From positions 4,406 through 68,405 of the IMG/VR virus record IMGVR_UViG_3300035695_000003: 64,000 nt of DNA. One strand, given 5' to 3'. Positions within the stretch are counted from its first letter, which is position 1. The number at the start of each line of letters is the position of its first letter. Origin of the DNA: a virus. Of the stretch, positions 42,911 to 52,031 are shown in pieces. Position numbers and translations under genes: made by a program. The notes beneath the pieces were generated by a model. That model was not told the DNA's origin and did no database searches. It worked only from the letters and a program-made list of their open reading frames with translations.

Positions 42911-44583
42911 GCACCCCACTGTTGTCTGACGGCGCTCCCGTCTTGACCTCAGGATCTGGCAACTCGGTATCTTGGACGCAGACGCTCACGAGCAACGCGA
43001 CGGCATTCGTCGTGCTCGTCGGACGGCGCGGCGGCACGGGCACCTCTGGGATCACGATCGCCGGACAGGCGCTCGCGCTGCTCGTGTCGAGCTCCAACTC
43101 GGGATACAGCTTCGACATCTGGGGGCTGATCAGCCCGCCCACAGGCAGCAACCTCTCCGTGGTCGTGACGAACACCGGCGCGCCGACGTTCGCGAACTGC
43201 TGCGGGCAGGCATACGACGGTCCGACGGCGTTTGGCGGCACCGCGACGTCGCCGGCGCATTGCGGCGAGCTGTCGACATCCGAGGCGTCGCTCTGCGTGT
43301 TCGGGACGTTCTGGAACATGGCCAGCGGCACGGCGGTCAACCTGGACCTGTGGCCGAACTATCTCACGACGCTGGGCACTGCGACCGTCGGCGCGGGCGG
43401 CAGCCTGAGCCAATTCTTCGTGGGCAGCGTGCCGGGAAGCGGCGCGATCGGGGCGGCGGGCTTCGGGGTGGACCTGGTCGCGCTGACCGGGCTCACGACG
43501 CCGGCCCTGGCTGCCGTGGAACTGATCGGCACGGAAGACAACCCGCCTCCAGCGCCCGACGGCACGATCTTTCACGACACGCGTGCCGGGGGCGCGCAGG
43601 ACATCACCGTCGCCACGTCGCTGGCAGATGCCTTGACGCGTTCTGGCTACAACAACAGCACGAGTCCCGCGGCACAATTCACGACCTCGTTCGCGAAGAA
43701 TCCGTCGGGACGCGCGTTCGTGTTGCCGTGGACGGCCGGTCAGGCCAACTCGCTCTATCTTGAAAAAGCGGGCGTGACGATCTCACCCATCCTCTGTTGG
43801 CAATACAAGGTGTGGTGGGGGACGGTGGCAGGTGACGGGATCGCCTTCGGCGCGGTGGGCGACTACGATCACTTTCAGCCCGTCGGATCGGGACAATCAC
43901 ACAAGTGGTTCGTGCTGTTTCGCAAAGATCCCGGGCACACGCCGCCGGTGCCGAACGATGAACGGTTCACCATCGTCTACGGCAAAGACACCGGCGGCGT
44001 GCTGCGCGGTCTATTTCTCGACGTGGACGGTCGATGCCTGACCCAAGGGACGTCGACGGGCGGCAACACCGCGACGACGCTCAACGACACGGGCGCGGGT
44101 TTCGTGATCGCGGGCGTTTCTGTCGGCGACAACATTCACATCTACGCCGGGACGGGCGCGTCTGCCACGTGGGCCCCGGTGACGTCGGTAGGCGCGACGC
44201 AGCTGGGCGTCGCGTCGTGGCCCGCCGGAACGCCGGACGCGACCTCGCAATATCGGGTGCTGAAGGCCGTGACGGACGAGTATTTCCAGAACGATCCGGC
44301 CGTCAATTTCGGCGTGGTCGCCGCGATCAATCTGAACGACTTCATCGGACAGGTCGTGACGGTGACGGTGAAGATCAAGGTCGCGAGCTCTCCGCTTGCC
44401 CTGGACGGATACTGCAAGATCTGGATCAACAACCAGCTGTGGCTGTACATCAAGAACCAGCCGTTCGGAGACTTGCCCATCGGCGACATCCAGATGGGCG
44501 GTCCGACCTGGAACAATCCAGGGTCGGTGCGAAACTTCAGCGACTACCGTTGGGACATGGTGGGCTGGTCGCCGGCGAGCTAA
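42907..44583 (+). CDS. tail fiber/receptor-binding-like protein
   Basis: ATGA-coupled; 558 aa, Gly/Thr/Ser-rich beta protein; C-terminal ..LALDGYCKIWINNQLWLYIKNQPFGDL.. lectin-like. Confidence 0.5.
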   Translation: MSTPLLSDGAPVLTSGSGNSVSWTQTLTSNATAFVVLVGRRGGTGTSGITIAGQALALLVSSSNSGYSFDIWGLISPPTGSNLSVVVTNTGAPTFANCCGQAYDGPTAFGGTATSPAHCGELSTSEASLCVFGTFWNMASGTAVNLDLWPNYLTTLGTATVGAGGSLSQFFVGSVPGSGAIGAAGFGVDLVALTGLTTPALAAVELIGTEDNPPPAPDGTIFHDTRAGGAQDITVATSLADALTRSGYNNSTSPAAQFTTSFAKNPSGRAFVLPWTAGQANSLYLEKAGVTISPILCWQYKVWWGTVAGDGIAFGAVGDYDHFQPVGSGQSHKWFVLFRKDPGHTPPVPNDERFTIVYGKDTGGVLRGLFLDVDGRCLTQGTSTGGNTATTLNDTGAGFVIAGVSVGDNIHIYAGTGASATWAPVTSVGATQLGVASWPAGTPDATSQYRVLKAVTDEYFQNDPAVNFGVVAAINLNDFIGQVVTVTVKIKVASSPLALDGYCKIWINNQLWLYIKNQPFGDLPIGDIQMGGPTWNNPGSVRNFSDYRWDMVGWSPAS

Positions 44584-44598
44584 CCACGCGAGGACGTC

Positions 44599-45738
44599 AT
44601 GAGCCAGTTGTTCTTCAACAACTTCACGTCGTCGATCACCGACAACCCGCTGACCATCGGCGCGACGACGATCAACCTGCACGCCGGCGACGGCGCGCGT
44701 CTCCCGGCGATCGTGAACGCGGGCGATTACTATTATCTGACCCTGTCGAGCGGGTCGCCAGAGTCCGCGTGGGAGATCGTCAAGGTGACGGCCCGCGCGA
44801 CCGACGCGCTTACGGTCGTTCGTGGGCAAGACGGCACGGCCGCGGCGTCGTGGACGACGGGCACCGCGATCAGCGGACGTCTGTCTGCCGTGACGATGAA
44901 GGCCGCCGTGCTCGCGGCGACGCCGTTGCTGGCGGCGCATCCGTCGGGCCCGTCGGCGACGGACCTGGCCGCATATCCCCTGCGGTGGTCTCGGCAAGAG
45001 CTGTTCGTCCAAGACGACGACGCGATCCCGCGCGCGATCGCGACGAGCTTCGCGTATCGGAACGTCGTCATGATCCTCGCGGCACAGGCCACGGGAACCA
45101 GTCTGATCACCGACGGCAGCAGCGCGGGCGTGGGGCCGGCCAGCACCGATTACGTGGCGTCGCAGCCCGGCAACCAGTACACCAGCGCGGTCGCGGCCAA
45201 CTCGCCGGCAGGTCTGCGGTCGTCGTCGTCTGACATGCGGTGGTGGCGCGGCAACGCCGCGGGCCTCGGCGGGTTCTTCGCACATTGTCGCGTGACCATC
45301 GGTGCCCTCGCGTCTGACCAGCGGGCGTTCATCGGCCTGACGACGAACACCGGAGCGCTCGCCACCGATCCGAGCGCCGCCGGCGGCAACTTCATCGGCA
45401 TCGCGGCAGACGCCGCAGACGTGAATCTCCAAATCATGTCGCGCGACGGCACCACGGTCAACAAAATCGACCTGGGGGTCAAGAAGGACACCGTCAACAA
45501 GCCGAACCAGATGCTGGACATCTACATGTATTGCGCGTCGAACAGCTCGACGATCTACGTCACCGTCGATTCGTGGAGCGCCAGCACGAAAACCAACCTG
45601 GTGACGAACCAGGCAGTGACGACCAACATCCCGTCGGCGACGTCGTTCATGAAGTTGTGCGCAGATCTCTGCAGCACCGCCACCGACACGGTGGCGGTGG
45701 TCTTGCGCCACGTTCGGTCGGTGCTCGAGAGCAACTGA
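44599..45738 (+). CDS. tail fiber/structural protein
   Basis: SD GAGGA; 379 aa. Confidence 0.5.
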   Translation: MSQLFFNNFTSSITDNPLTIGATTINLHAGDGARLPAIVNAGDYYYLTLSSGSPESAWEIVKVTARATDALTVVRGQDGTAAASWTTGTAISGRLSAVTMKAAVLAATPLLAAHPSGPSATDLAAYPLRWSRQELFVQDDDAIPRAIATSFAYRNVVMILAAQATGTSLITDGSSAGVGPASTDYVASQPGNQYTSAVAANSPAGLRSSSSDMRWWRGNAAGLGGFFAHCRVTIGALASDQRAFIGLTTNTGALATDPSAAGGNFIGIAADAADVNLQIMSRDGTTVNKIDLGVKKDTVNKPNQMLDIYMYCASNSSTIYVTVDSWSASTKTNLVTNQAVTTNIPSATSFMKLCADLCSTATDTVAVVLRHVRSVLESN

Positions 45739-46352
45739 TGCCGAACCTGATGCCCCTGAACGGCGCGACGCTCGACGGCGTCGTTCCCCCGCCCACCGGG
45801 GCGACGGTCAGGGTCTTCGCGGCCACGGCGTTCGTCGGCAGCCTCGCGATCGATCTTCCGGCATCCGGCGCGATCGCGCGCGTGGTCGTGCCGTCGCCGC
45901 CGACCTACGCGGCGCTCGGCGGCGTCTCGTTCGTCGATCTCGCAGACGCCATCGCCGCGGCCGTGTTCCCGTTCACGGTGCGTCCGGTCATCGCGCCGCC
46001 CGCGCCGCTGGTCTTGGTCGGCAAGACCGTGTTCGTCGCCCCGTCGTCCGTCGCGACGCCCGCGCCCGAGACGCGGGGCACGCAGCCCATGGCGCCCCCG
46101 AGCGCCCCGCCGCGCATCTTGTCGGGCAGCATCACGGTGATCGCGCCCGCCGTCCTCACGACGAACATCGTCGGGATCATCGTCTCGACCGTGCGCACTC
46201 TCGTCGCGTTCCGGCGCAGCCAGGACGTCGTCGCGATCATCGCGCCCGTCCCGTCTATGATCGTCGTCGCGGCGAGACCGACGGTCGATCTCGTCGCTCC
46301 GAGACCGTTCGCCACGGTCTATGCCCCGCTCGGTCCTCCAGGAGGTCAATGA
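45738..46352 (+). CDS. structural protein
   Basis: ATGA-coupled; Ala/Val/Pro-rich 204 aa. Confidence 0.45.
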   Translation: MPNLMPLNGATLDGVVPPPTGATVRVFAATAFVGSLAIDLPASGAIARVVVPSPPTYAALGGVSFVDLADAIAAAVFPFTVRPVIAPPAPLVLVGKTVFVAPSSVATPAPETRGTQPMAPPSAPPRILSGSITVIAPAVLTTNIVGIIVSTVRTLVAFRRSQDVVAIIAPVPSMIVVAARPTVDLVAPRPFATVYAPLGPPGGQ

Positions 46353-46750
46353 TGTCGTCTCCCGTGGTCGTCAATCTCGTGGGATTCGCCGCCGGCAACG
46401 ACGTCGACGTGAACCTCACCATCCCGAACGTCAACACGGCAGACGCGCTCGTCACCGGCAAGTTGATGGTCAAGGCCAAGTACACCGATCTCGACGTCGC
46501 GGCGATCTGCTCGCTTGCCATCTCGACGTCGCCCGCGGCTGCCGGTCAGATCACCGACGACGGACACGTCACCGGCACCGCGCTCGCGGTGTTCACGTTG
46601 CCGGCGTCGGTCACGATCAGCTTCGTCGATCCCACGACGTTCAAGTCATTGCCGCTCGTGTGGGACTGCAAGTTCTACACGGTCGCCGGCAAGAAGTACA
46701 CGCCGGCCCACGGCACGATCGGCTTCGCGCCACCCGTGGTTCAGGCCTAA
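46349..46750 (+). CDS. structural protein
   Basis: MMSSPVVVNLVGFAAGNDVDVNLTIPNVNTADALVTGKLMVKAKY.. Confidence 0.5.
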   Translation: MMSSPVVVNLVGFAAGNDVDVNLTIPNVNTADALVTGKLMVKAKYTDLDVAAICSLAISTSPAAAGQITDDGHVTGTALAVFTLPASVTISFVDPTTFKSLPLVWDCKFYTVAGKKYTPAHGTIGFAPPVVQA

Positions 46751-46764
46751 AACAGGAGAAGATC

Positions 46765-47184
46765 ATGTTCGACGCGCTCGCCTACGTCAAGGCGCTCGAG
46801 ACCCCGACGTACAAGGACGTCGACGGCACGGTGCATCTCGGCCGGCTGATCGGCGCCGACACCTTCATCAAGCTCGCGCCGCGCATGCGCACCAAGAAGG
46901 CCGACGGCAGTCCCGACGTCGCGGCCATCAACCGGACCATGCTGGCGATCTGCAACGCGATGTTCCCGCCCGACCGGTGGCGCCCGTGGCGCAAGAGCGT
47001 CGCGCACCGCATCTGGCAGCTGCCGCCCTCCGGCCGCATGCGCGCGGTGTACGATTTTTTGGCTTCCCAGGCGACGGCGATGGGGATGACCCCGCCGGAG
47101 CTCCCTGGGACGTCCCCAGCATCGACACAGAGCTCCGGCGCCGCGGTCAGCCCGTCCCCCGACTCCCCGACCTCTGGTTCCTGA
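46765..47184 (+). CDS. tail assembly chaperone (G-like, short product)
   Basis: SD AGGAGAAG; MFDALAYVKALETPTYKDVDGTVHLGRLIGADTFIKL.. Confidence 0.55.
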   Translation: MFDALAYVKALETPTYKDVDGTVHLGRLIGADTFIKLAPRMRTKKADGSPDVAAINRTMLAICNAMFPPDRWRPWRKSVAHRIWQLPPSGRMRAVYDFLASQATAMGMTPPELPGTSPASTQSSGAAVSPSPDSPTSGS

Positions 47185-47441
47185 CCCGGTTCCATCTGGA
47201 GTACCCGGGGCTCTATTACAAGTGGGGTCGTGGCTGGGACGAGACCGACGACCGCACGATCCCGCACCGGCTGTTCCAGCTGTTCTTGTCGTGCCTCGTG
47301 GCGCCGCAGGCCGAGCGCGAGCTCGAAGGCATGCGCGCGGTCGCGGGGGGCATGGGGCTCGCGATGGGCGGCGACAAGCCCGAGGTGCAGGCCGCGGTGC
47401 GCGGCCTCGTCAAGACCGCCTTCCCGGAGCGTTTCGAATGA
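46765..47441 (+). CDS. tail assembly chaperone frameshift product (GT-like; -1 shift at 47055-47061)
   Basis: Slippery heptamer T_TTT_TTG in the zero frame. The -1 frame continues to 47441 with a protein-like C-terminus ..FLTRFHLEYPGLYYKWGRGWDETDDRTIPHRLFQLFLSCLVAPQAERELEG.. and ends ATGA-coupled to the next gene. Confidence 0.5.
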
Positions 47442-47749
47442 CCTTGCCGTCCTGGCTGAACCCGCCGTTCTGGTACAAGTGGCCCTCGCTGCCCACGGAG
47501 CTCTTGAGCGGCGCGCTCTGCTTCGGGCTCGGCGCGGGCCTCGCCGCGCTCTGGATCGTCACGGCGGGCGTCCACGTCAAGGACGTCCGCGCGTTCGTCC
47601 CCCTCGCCACCCGCCCCGCCGTGGTCGTCGGTCTCGTCTACGAGCTGTTCTTCGACCGGCACGGCTTCTCCTGGACCGACGTGCTCCAGCGCGTCGCCGG
47701 CATCGTGCTCGCCGCCCTCCTCGTCCTCGCAGTCGCGCAGATCGTCTGA
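47438..47749 (+). CDS. membrane protein
   Basis: Three hydrophobic helices (..LSGALCFGLGAGLAALWIVTAGV.., ..VVVGLVYELFF.., ..VAGIVLAALLVLAVAQIV). Confidence 0.5.
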   Translation: MTLPSWLNPPFWYKWPSLPTELLSGALCFGLGAGLAALWIVTAGVHVKDVRAFVPLATRPAVVVGLVYELFFDRHGFSWTDVLQRVAGIVLAALLVLAVAQIV

Positions 47750-47757
47750 GGTAGCCC

Positions 47758-49878
47758 ATGGCCGGCGTCGTCAATCGTTCCATCAGCCTCCTCGTCAGCG
47801 TCCGAGACGCCGCGTCTCAGGTCTTCGGACGCCTGCAGGCGTCGCTCGACAGCCTCCTCTCGAGCTCGAACCTGCTCACCGCCGCCTTCGAGGCGATGGT
47901 GGGCGGCGCGATTGCCGAAGGCGTCGAGCACCTGGTCGGCCTGTTCGCCGACGAGGAGCTCGCGGTCGTCCGGCTCAACGCCGCGCTCCGGTTCACCGGC
48001 CGGTACTCCGACGACGCCACGGACGCCATCCAGAAGATGGCTGCCCAGATCCAGGCCACGACGACCGTCAGCCGCGTGCAGTTCATCGAGCTGAGCTCGT
48101 CGATCGCGCAGATCGCCCGCCAGATCACCCCGGAGCAGGTCGCCGAGGTGGCCAAGATGGCCATCGGGCTCTCCGAGGCCACGGGACGCAGCGTCGAGAA
48201 CACCGCGATCATGATCGCGAAGACGCTCGAAGGCCACACCAACGCGCTCCAGCGCTGGGGCATCCAGGTCGACGCCACCGCCAGCCAGCAAGAGAAGTTC
48301 CAGGAGCTCTTCCGGCAGCTCGCGCCGATGTTCGGCGTGGCGCTCGAGGCGGCCGACACGCTGTCCGGGCAGATCGAGCGCGCCAAGAACGCGTTCACGG
48401 ACATGGAGCGCGTGATCGGGCAGGTGATCGTCCAGGTGCTGGGGCTCGACGAGAAGTCGAAGACCATCACGTCGACGCTCGTCAAGTGGACCCAGGAGAT
48501 CCGCAACAACTTCGGCGAATGGGTCCATTACGGCGAGGTCGTCGTCGCCGTGCTGGAGGCCGTCTTCGCGTCGGTCAAGTACCTGGTGACCGGGTTCTTC
48601 GACATCGGGAAGATCGCGGGCGACGCGTTCGCGGTGCTGATCGAGGGCGCCTGGGACTCCGTCAAGATCCTGTTCAACATCGGCGCCGTGATCGGCGACA
48701 GCATCAACTACGCGTTCAACTGGGTCTCGTCGAAGTGGGTGGACTTCGACAACTGGCTGATCGACCAGGTCAACAAGCTGCTGCTGAAGCTCCCGGACAA
48801 GGTCCGATCGTTCTTCAACATCCAGCCGTTCGAGCACCTGACGAACGAGTTCGCCGAGAACCTCGTCGACAACGGGAAGCGGATCCAGCAGCACCTGACG
48901 GACATCAAGTCCGACTTCGTCGACCTCGGCGCGTCGGCCCAGATCCACCTCGCGGACGCCAAGAAGGCGCTTGACGACCTGAACAGCGGCGCGATCGACT
49001 TCGCCACCGCGTGGGAGCGGGTCACCGCCGCGCTCGCGAAGCCCGCGCCGGGACCGACGCGGTCCGTGAGCGGCACGCCGTCCCACGAGGGCGGCGGGTC
49101 CAACTTCGCGCCGCCCGAGCTCCCGAGCGCGACCGACGTGATCGCCGAGCTCGGCAAGGAGCAGAAGGAGAACGAGAACGCCTTCAAGGCCGGCCTCATC
49201 ACGTGGGACCAGTACAACGCGAAGATCAAGGAGCTGCGGACGAGCGCGATGGAGCTCTTCCCGGAGCTCACGAACCTGAAGGACAAGCTGGACCTCTCGG
49301 GCATCATCGCGAAGCTCAAGGGCGAGAACCTCGGCGACACGATCCGGCGCGCGTTCGGCCTGGACCAGGCCAGCGCGCTCGACGACCTCAAGAAGACCAA
49401 CGAGGAGCTCGGCAAGCAGTCGAAGGCCATCGGGACCGACATGACGCAGGCGATCATGGACTCGATCGCCGCCCACGGGAAGTTCGGCGAGACGGTGCAG
49501 AAGGAGGTCGGCAAGGCCGCCGCGGCCTATGCCAAGCTGGACTTCGCCCACGCGCTGGAAGAGCTCGCGGCGGGCATCGCGGCGCTGTTCATCAACCCGG
49601 GCGCGTCGGCCGCGCACTTCCAGGCGGCCGAGACCTATGCCGTCGCGGGCGCGGCCATGGGCGCGATCGCGGGCGCCACGGGGGGCTTCGCGGGCGGCGG
49701 GGGCGGCGCCGCGTCGAACGCCGCGTCGCAGACCCAGGCCGTCACGGACCTCGCGGGCGGCAACGTCGTCATCAACGTGCCCAACACGTTCACGTCGGAT
49801 CCCGCGTTCTGGGACGCCCTGCTGGGCGGCCTGGAGCAGGCGGGGCTCCGCCGCATCACCGTCACCAGCCAGGGCTGA
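47758..49878 (+). CDS. tape measure protein
   Basis: 706 aa, largely alpha-helical, follows the frameshifted chaperone; Gly-rich C-terminal segment. Confidence 0.65.
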   Translation: MAGVVNRSISLLVSVRDAASQVFGRLQASLDSLLSSSNLLTAAFEAMVGGAIAEGVEHLVGLFADEELAVVRLNAALRFTGRYSDDATDAIQKMAAQIQATTTVSRVQFIELSSSIAQIARQITPEQVAEVAKMAIGLSEATGRSVENTAIMIAKTLEGHTNALQRWGIQVDATASQQEKFQELFRQLAPMFGVALEAADTLSGQIERAKNAFTDMERVIGQVIVQVLGLDEKSKTITSTLVKWTQEIRNNFGEWVHYGEVVVAVLEAVFASVKYLVTGFFDIGKIAGDAFAVLIEGAWDSVKILFNIGAVIGDSINYAFNWVSSKWVDFDNWLIDQVNKLLLKLPDKVRSFFNIQPFEHLTNEFAENLVDNGKRIQQHLTDIKSDFVDLGASAQIHLADAKKALDDLNSGAIDFATAWERVTAALAKPAPGPTRSVSGTPSHEGGGSNFAPPELPSATDVIAELGKEQKENENAFKAGLITWDQYNAKIKELRTSAMELFPELTNLKDKLDLSGIIAKLKGENLGDTIRRAFGLDQASALDDLKKTNEELGKQSKAIGTDMTQAIMDSIAAHGKFGETVQKEVGKAAAAYAKLDFAHALEELAAGIAALFINPGASAAHFQAAETYAVAGAAMGAIAGATGGFAGGGGGAASNAASQTQAVTDLAGGNVVINVPNTFTSDPAFWDALLGGLEQAGLRRITVTSQG

Positions 49879-49881
49879 GGC

Positions 49882-51579
49882 ATGGCCGTCGAACGCGTCT
49901 TCCGCATCTACTGGGGTCCCACGCTCGAGAACGCGCTGGACTTCGCCTGGCCCGTCGCGGGCACGTCGCCCGTGGCCTGGCGCGCCCCGCGCGACGGCTC
50001 GGAGCAGGTGCTCAACGGCGCGTCCACGATCGGGTGGATCACGGGACGCCACTACCGGTACAAGGTCACGGCACAGTATTTCGCGCTGCCGCAGTTCGCG
50101 GGCGGGGTCGGGCTCCAGGCCTTCATGGACTGGGCGTCGGACTCGAACGCGTTCACGGTCGTGCCGAACCTGAACGCGCCCGGGCTCACGGTGCCCGGTT
50201 GCTATCTCGAGGGACCCTTCACGCAGACGAAGGTGGCGCTCGAGGGCGACGCCTCGCAGACGCTCGACCTGACCTTCCTCCATCCCACCGTGGACCTGGG
50301 TCTCGCGTTCCGGGGACTCTTCTTCGAATACGCGGCGGGCGGCAGCCTGACCGATCCGGTCGACTACGCGTTCGCGCGCGCCAGCGGGTCGTACGAGCTC
50401 AACTGGCAAGGCTACCTGCACCAGAACGCGAGCGGGGTGATCGGCGACGGTCACTATCCGACGCCGTTCGTCTCCGGGCTCCAGACCACCCTGTTTCACA
50501 ACGCGGTCACGAACGACCTCTTCGCGCCCGTCGACTTGACCAACGCGATCTGGACGAAGACCGACGTCACCATCGCGGCCGACGCGTCGACGGCGCCCGA
50601 TCAGACGCTCACGGGCGACCTCATCGTCGAGGCCCTGGACGGCGCGCCGACGTTCCATTCGGTCGTGAACAACACCAACTGGTCCGTGACCGCGGGCGAC
50701 GTCGTGACCGCCGTGGCCTTCGTCAAGTCCGGCGGCCGGTTCAAGGGACGCGTGTACATCTCCGACACCACGGCCACCGACCGGTGCGGGATCGAGTACG
50801 ACCTGCATGCCGGCACCGTGGCCTCCGCGACCGGCGGCGCCGGCGTCTTGCTGGGGAGCTTCATCACGCCGATGGCGAACGGCTGGTCCATGCTCTGGTG
50901 GCGCGGCACCGTGAACGGCACCAGCACGTCGCTCAAGGCGGTCCTGACCATGGAGGACGCGACGGGCGCCACGTCGTACACGGGAGACGGCGCGAGCGGG
51001 ACGTATTTCTGGGGCATGACCGCGGTCCACGGGTCGCAGCACACCGTGGCGACCTACGTGCCGAGCGGATCGCCGACCGCGAGCGACGCGCTGAGCGCGC
51101 CCTTCGCCGTGCCCCCGCAGGGCATGTGGTTCTACGTCAAGGGCGTGAACGTCATGCCGCAGGTCAACTTCACGACGCTCGTGGCGATCGGCAGCTTCAC
51201 GGCACCCAACTGGCGCTTCACGCTCAACCAGAGCGCGACGATCTTGGCCATGGGATCCGGCAACACCAGCGGCGCGCGCAACGCGAGCGTCGCCGGTCTC
51301 GGCCTGGCGCAGTTCGGCGCGGTGTTCGAGGTCTTCGGCTCGGTCGACGCCAACGGCGTCTGCAACATCCGGCTGTCGATCAACGGCGGTCCAGAGACCG
51401 CGGGCGGCGCGACGACCGCCCTGGCGCTGCCGGCGAGCTTCGGGGTGCCGACGATCTGGATCGCCAACGACAGCGGCAACAGTCCCATGGCGCAGGCCCT
51501 CTCGGTGGTCCGCGTCGGCCCCTACGTCCCGACGGGGATCGGCGCCGTCACGACGATCGCCCAGGCGAGGATGACATGA
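49882..51579 (+). CDS. distal tail protein (paralogous to the next two genes)
   Basis: 565 aa. Residues ~1-150 align with the 51576-52031 product; residues ~210-330 align with the 52028-53311 product. Confidence 0.55.
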   Translation: MAVERVFRIYWGPTLENALDFAWPVAGTSPVAWRAPRDGSEQVLNGASTIGWITGRHYRYKVTAQYFALPQFAGGVGLQAFMDWASDSNAFTVVPNLNAPGLTVPGCYLEGPFTQTKVALEGDASQTLDLTFLHPTVDLGLAFRGLFFEYAAGGSLTDPVDYAFARASGSYELNWQGYLHQNASGVIGDGHYPTPFVSGLQTTLFHNAVTNDLFAPVDLTNAIWTKTDVTIAADASTAPDQTLTGDLIVEALDGAPTFHSVVNNTNWSVTAGDVVTAVAFVKSGGRFKGRVYISDTTATDRCGIEYDLHAGTVASATGGAGVLLGSFITPMANGWSMLWWRGTVNGTSTSLKAVLTMEDATGATSYTGDGASGTYFWGMTAVHGSQHTVATYVPSGSPTASDALSAPFAVPPQGMWFYVKGVNVMPQVNFTTLVAIGSFTAPNWRFTLNQSATILAMGSGNTSGARNASVAGLGLAQFGAVFEVFGSVDANGVCNIRLSINGGPETAGGATTALALPASFGVPTIWIANDSGNSPMAQALSVVRVGPYVPTGIGAVTTIAQARMT

Positions 51580-52031
51580 CCTTCACCGCCGTCGCCGGAC
51601 CCGGCCGGGTGGTCCAGTTCCTCTGGGGCGCCCGTGCCCAGAACACGCTGACCTTCGCGTATCCGGCCTCGATCGACCAGGCACGGTTCTGGCGCGAGCC
51701 CCGCAAAGGCTCGGAGCAGGTCGTGATGAACAGCCTGGCCGAGTCCTGGACCAGCGCGCGCGACTACATGGCCGAGGTCCAGATGCGGTGGCTCCAGCCG
51801 TCGTTCTGGTCGGGACACGCCGGCGTCCAGGCCTTCCTCGACTGGGCGACGGGCGGCGGCGCGTTCACCTTCGTGCCGGACGCCGGCGGCGCGCCGCTCT
51901 TCGGCCTGGCGGGCTGCCTCCTGGTCTCGCCCTTCGAGTCGCAGGTGCCGGGCATCGAGCAGGACGGCTCGCAGAGCTACGACCTGACCTTCCGCAATCC
52001 CATCTTCGACCTCGGACTCTCCTGGCGATGA
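51576..52031 (+). CDS. tail protein, paralog of the N-terminal domain of the 49882 gene
   Basis: ATGA-coupled. Shared W.R.P..GSEQV ... QAF.DWA ... F.VP ... PF ... DLTF..P..DLGL..R pattern. Confidence 0.55.
   Translation: MTFTAVAGPGRVVQFLWGARAQNTLTFAYPASIDQARFWREPRKGSEQVVMNSLAESWTSARDYMAEVQMRWLQPSFWSGHAGVQAFLDWATGGGAFTFVPDAGGAPLFGLAGCLLVSPFESQVPGIEQDGSQSYDLTFRNPIFDLGLSWR

Noticed and set aside
47638-51042. 1134-aa minus-strand ORF across the tape-measure/tail region
   Set aside because: Antisense to strongly supported, SD-preceded and translationally coupled plus-strand structural genes. Low-complexity R/G/D/E composition.
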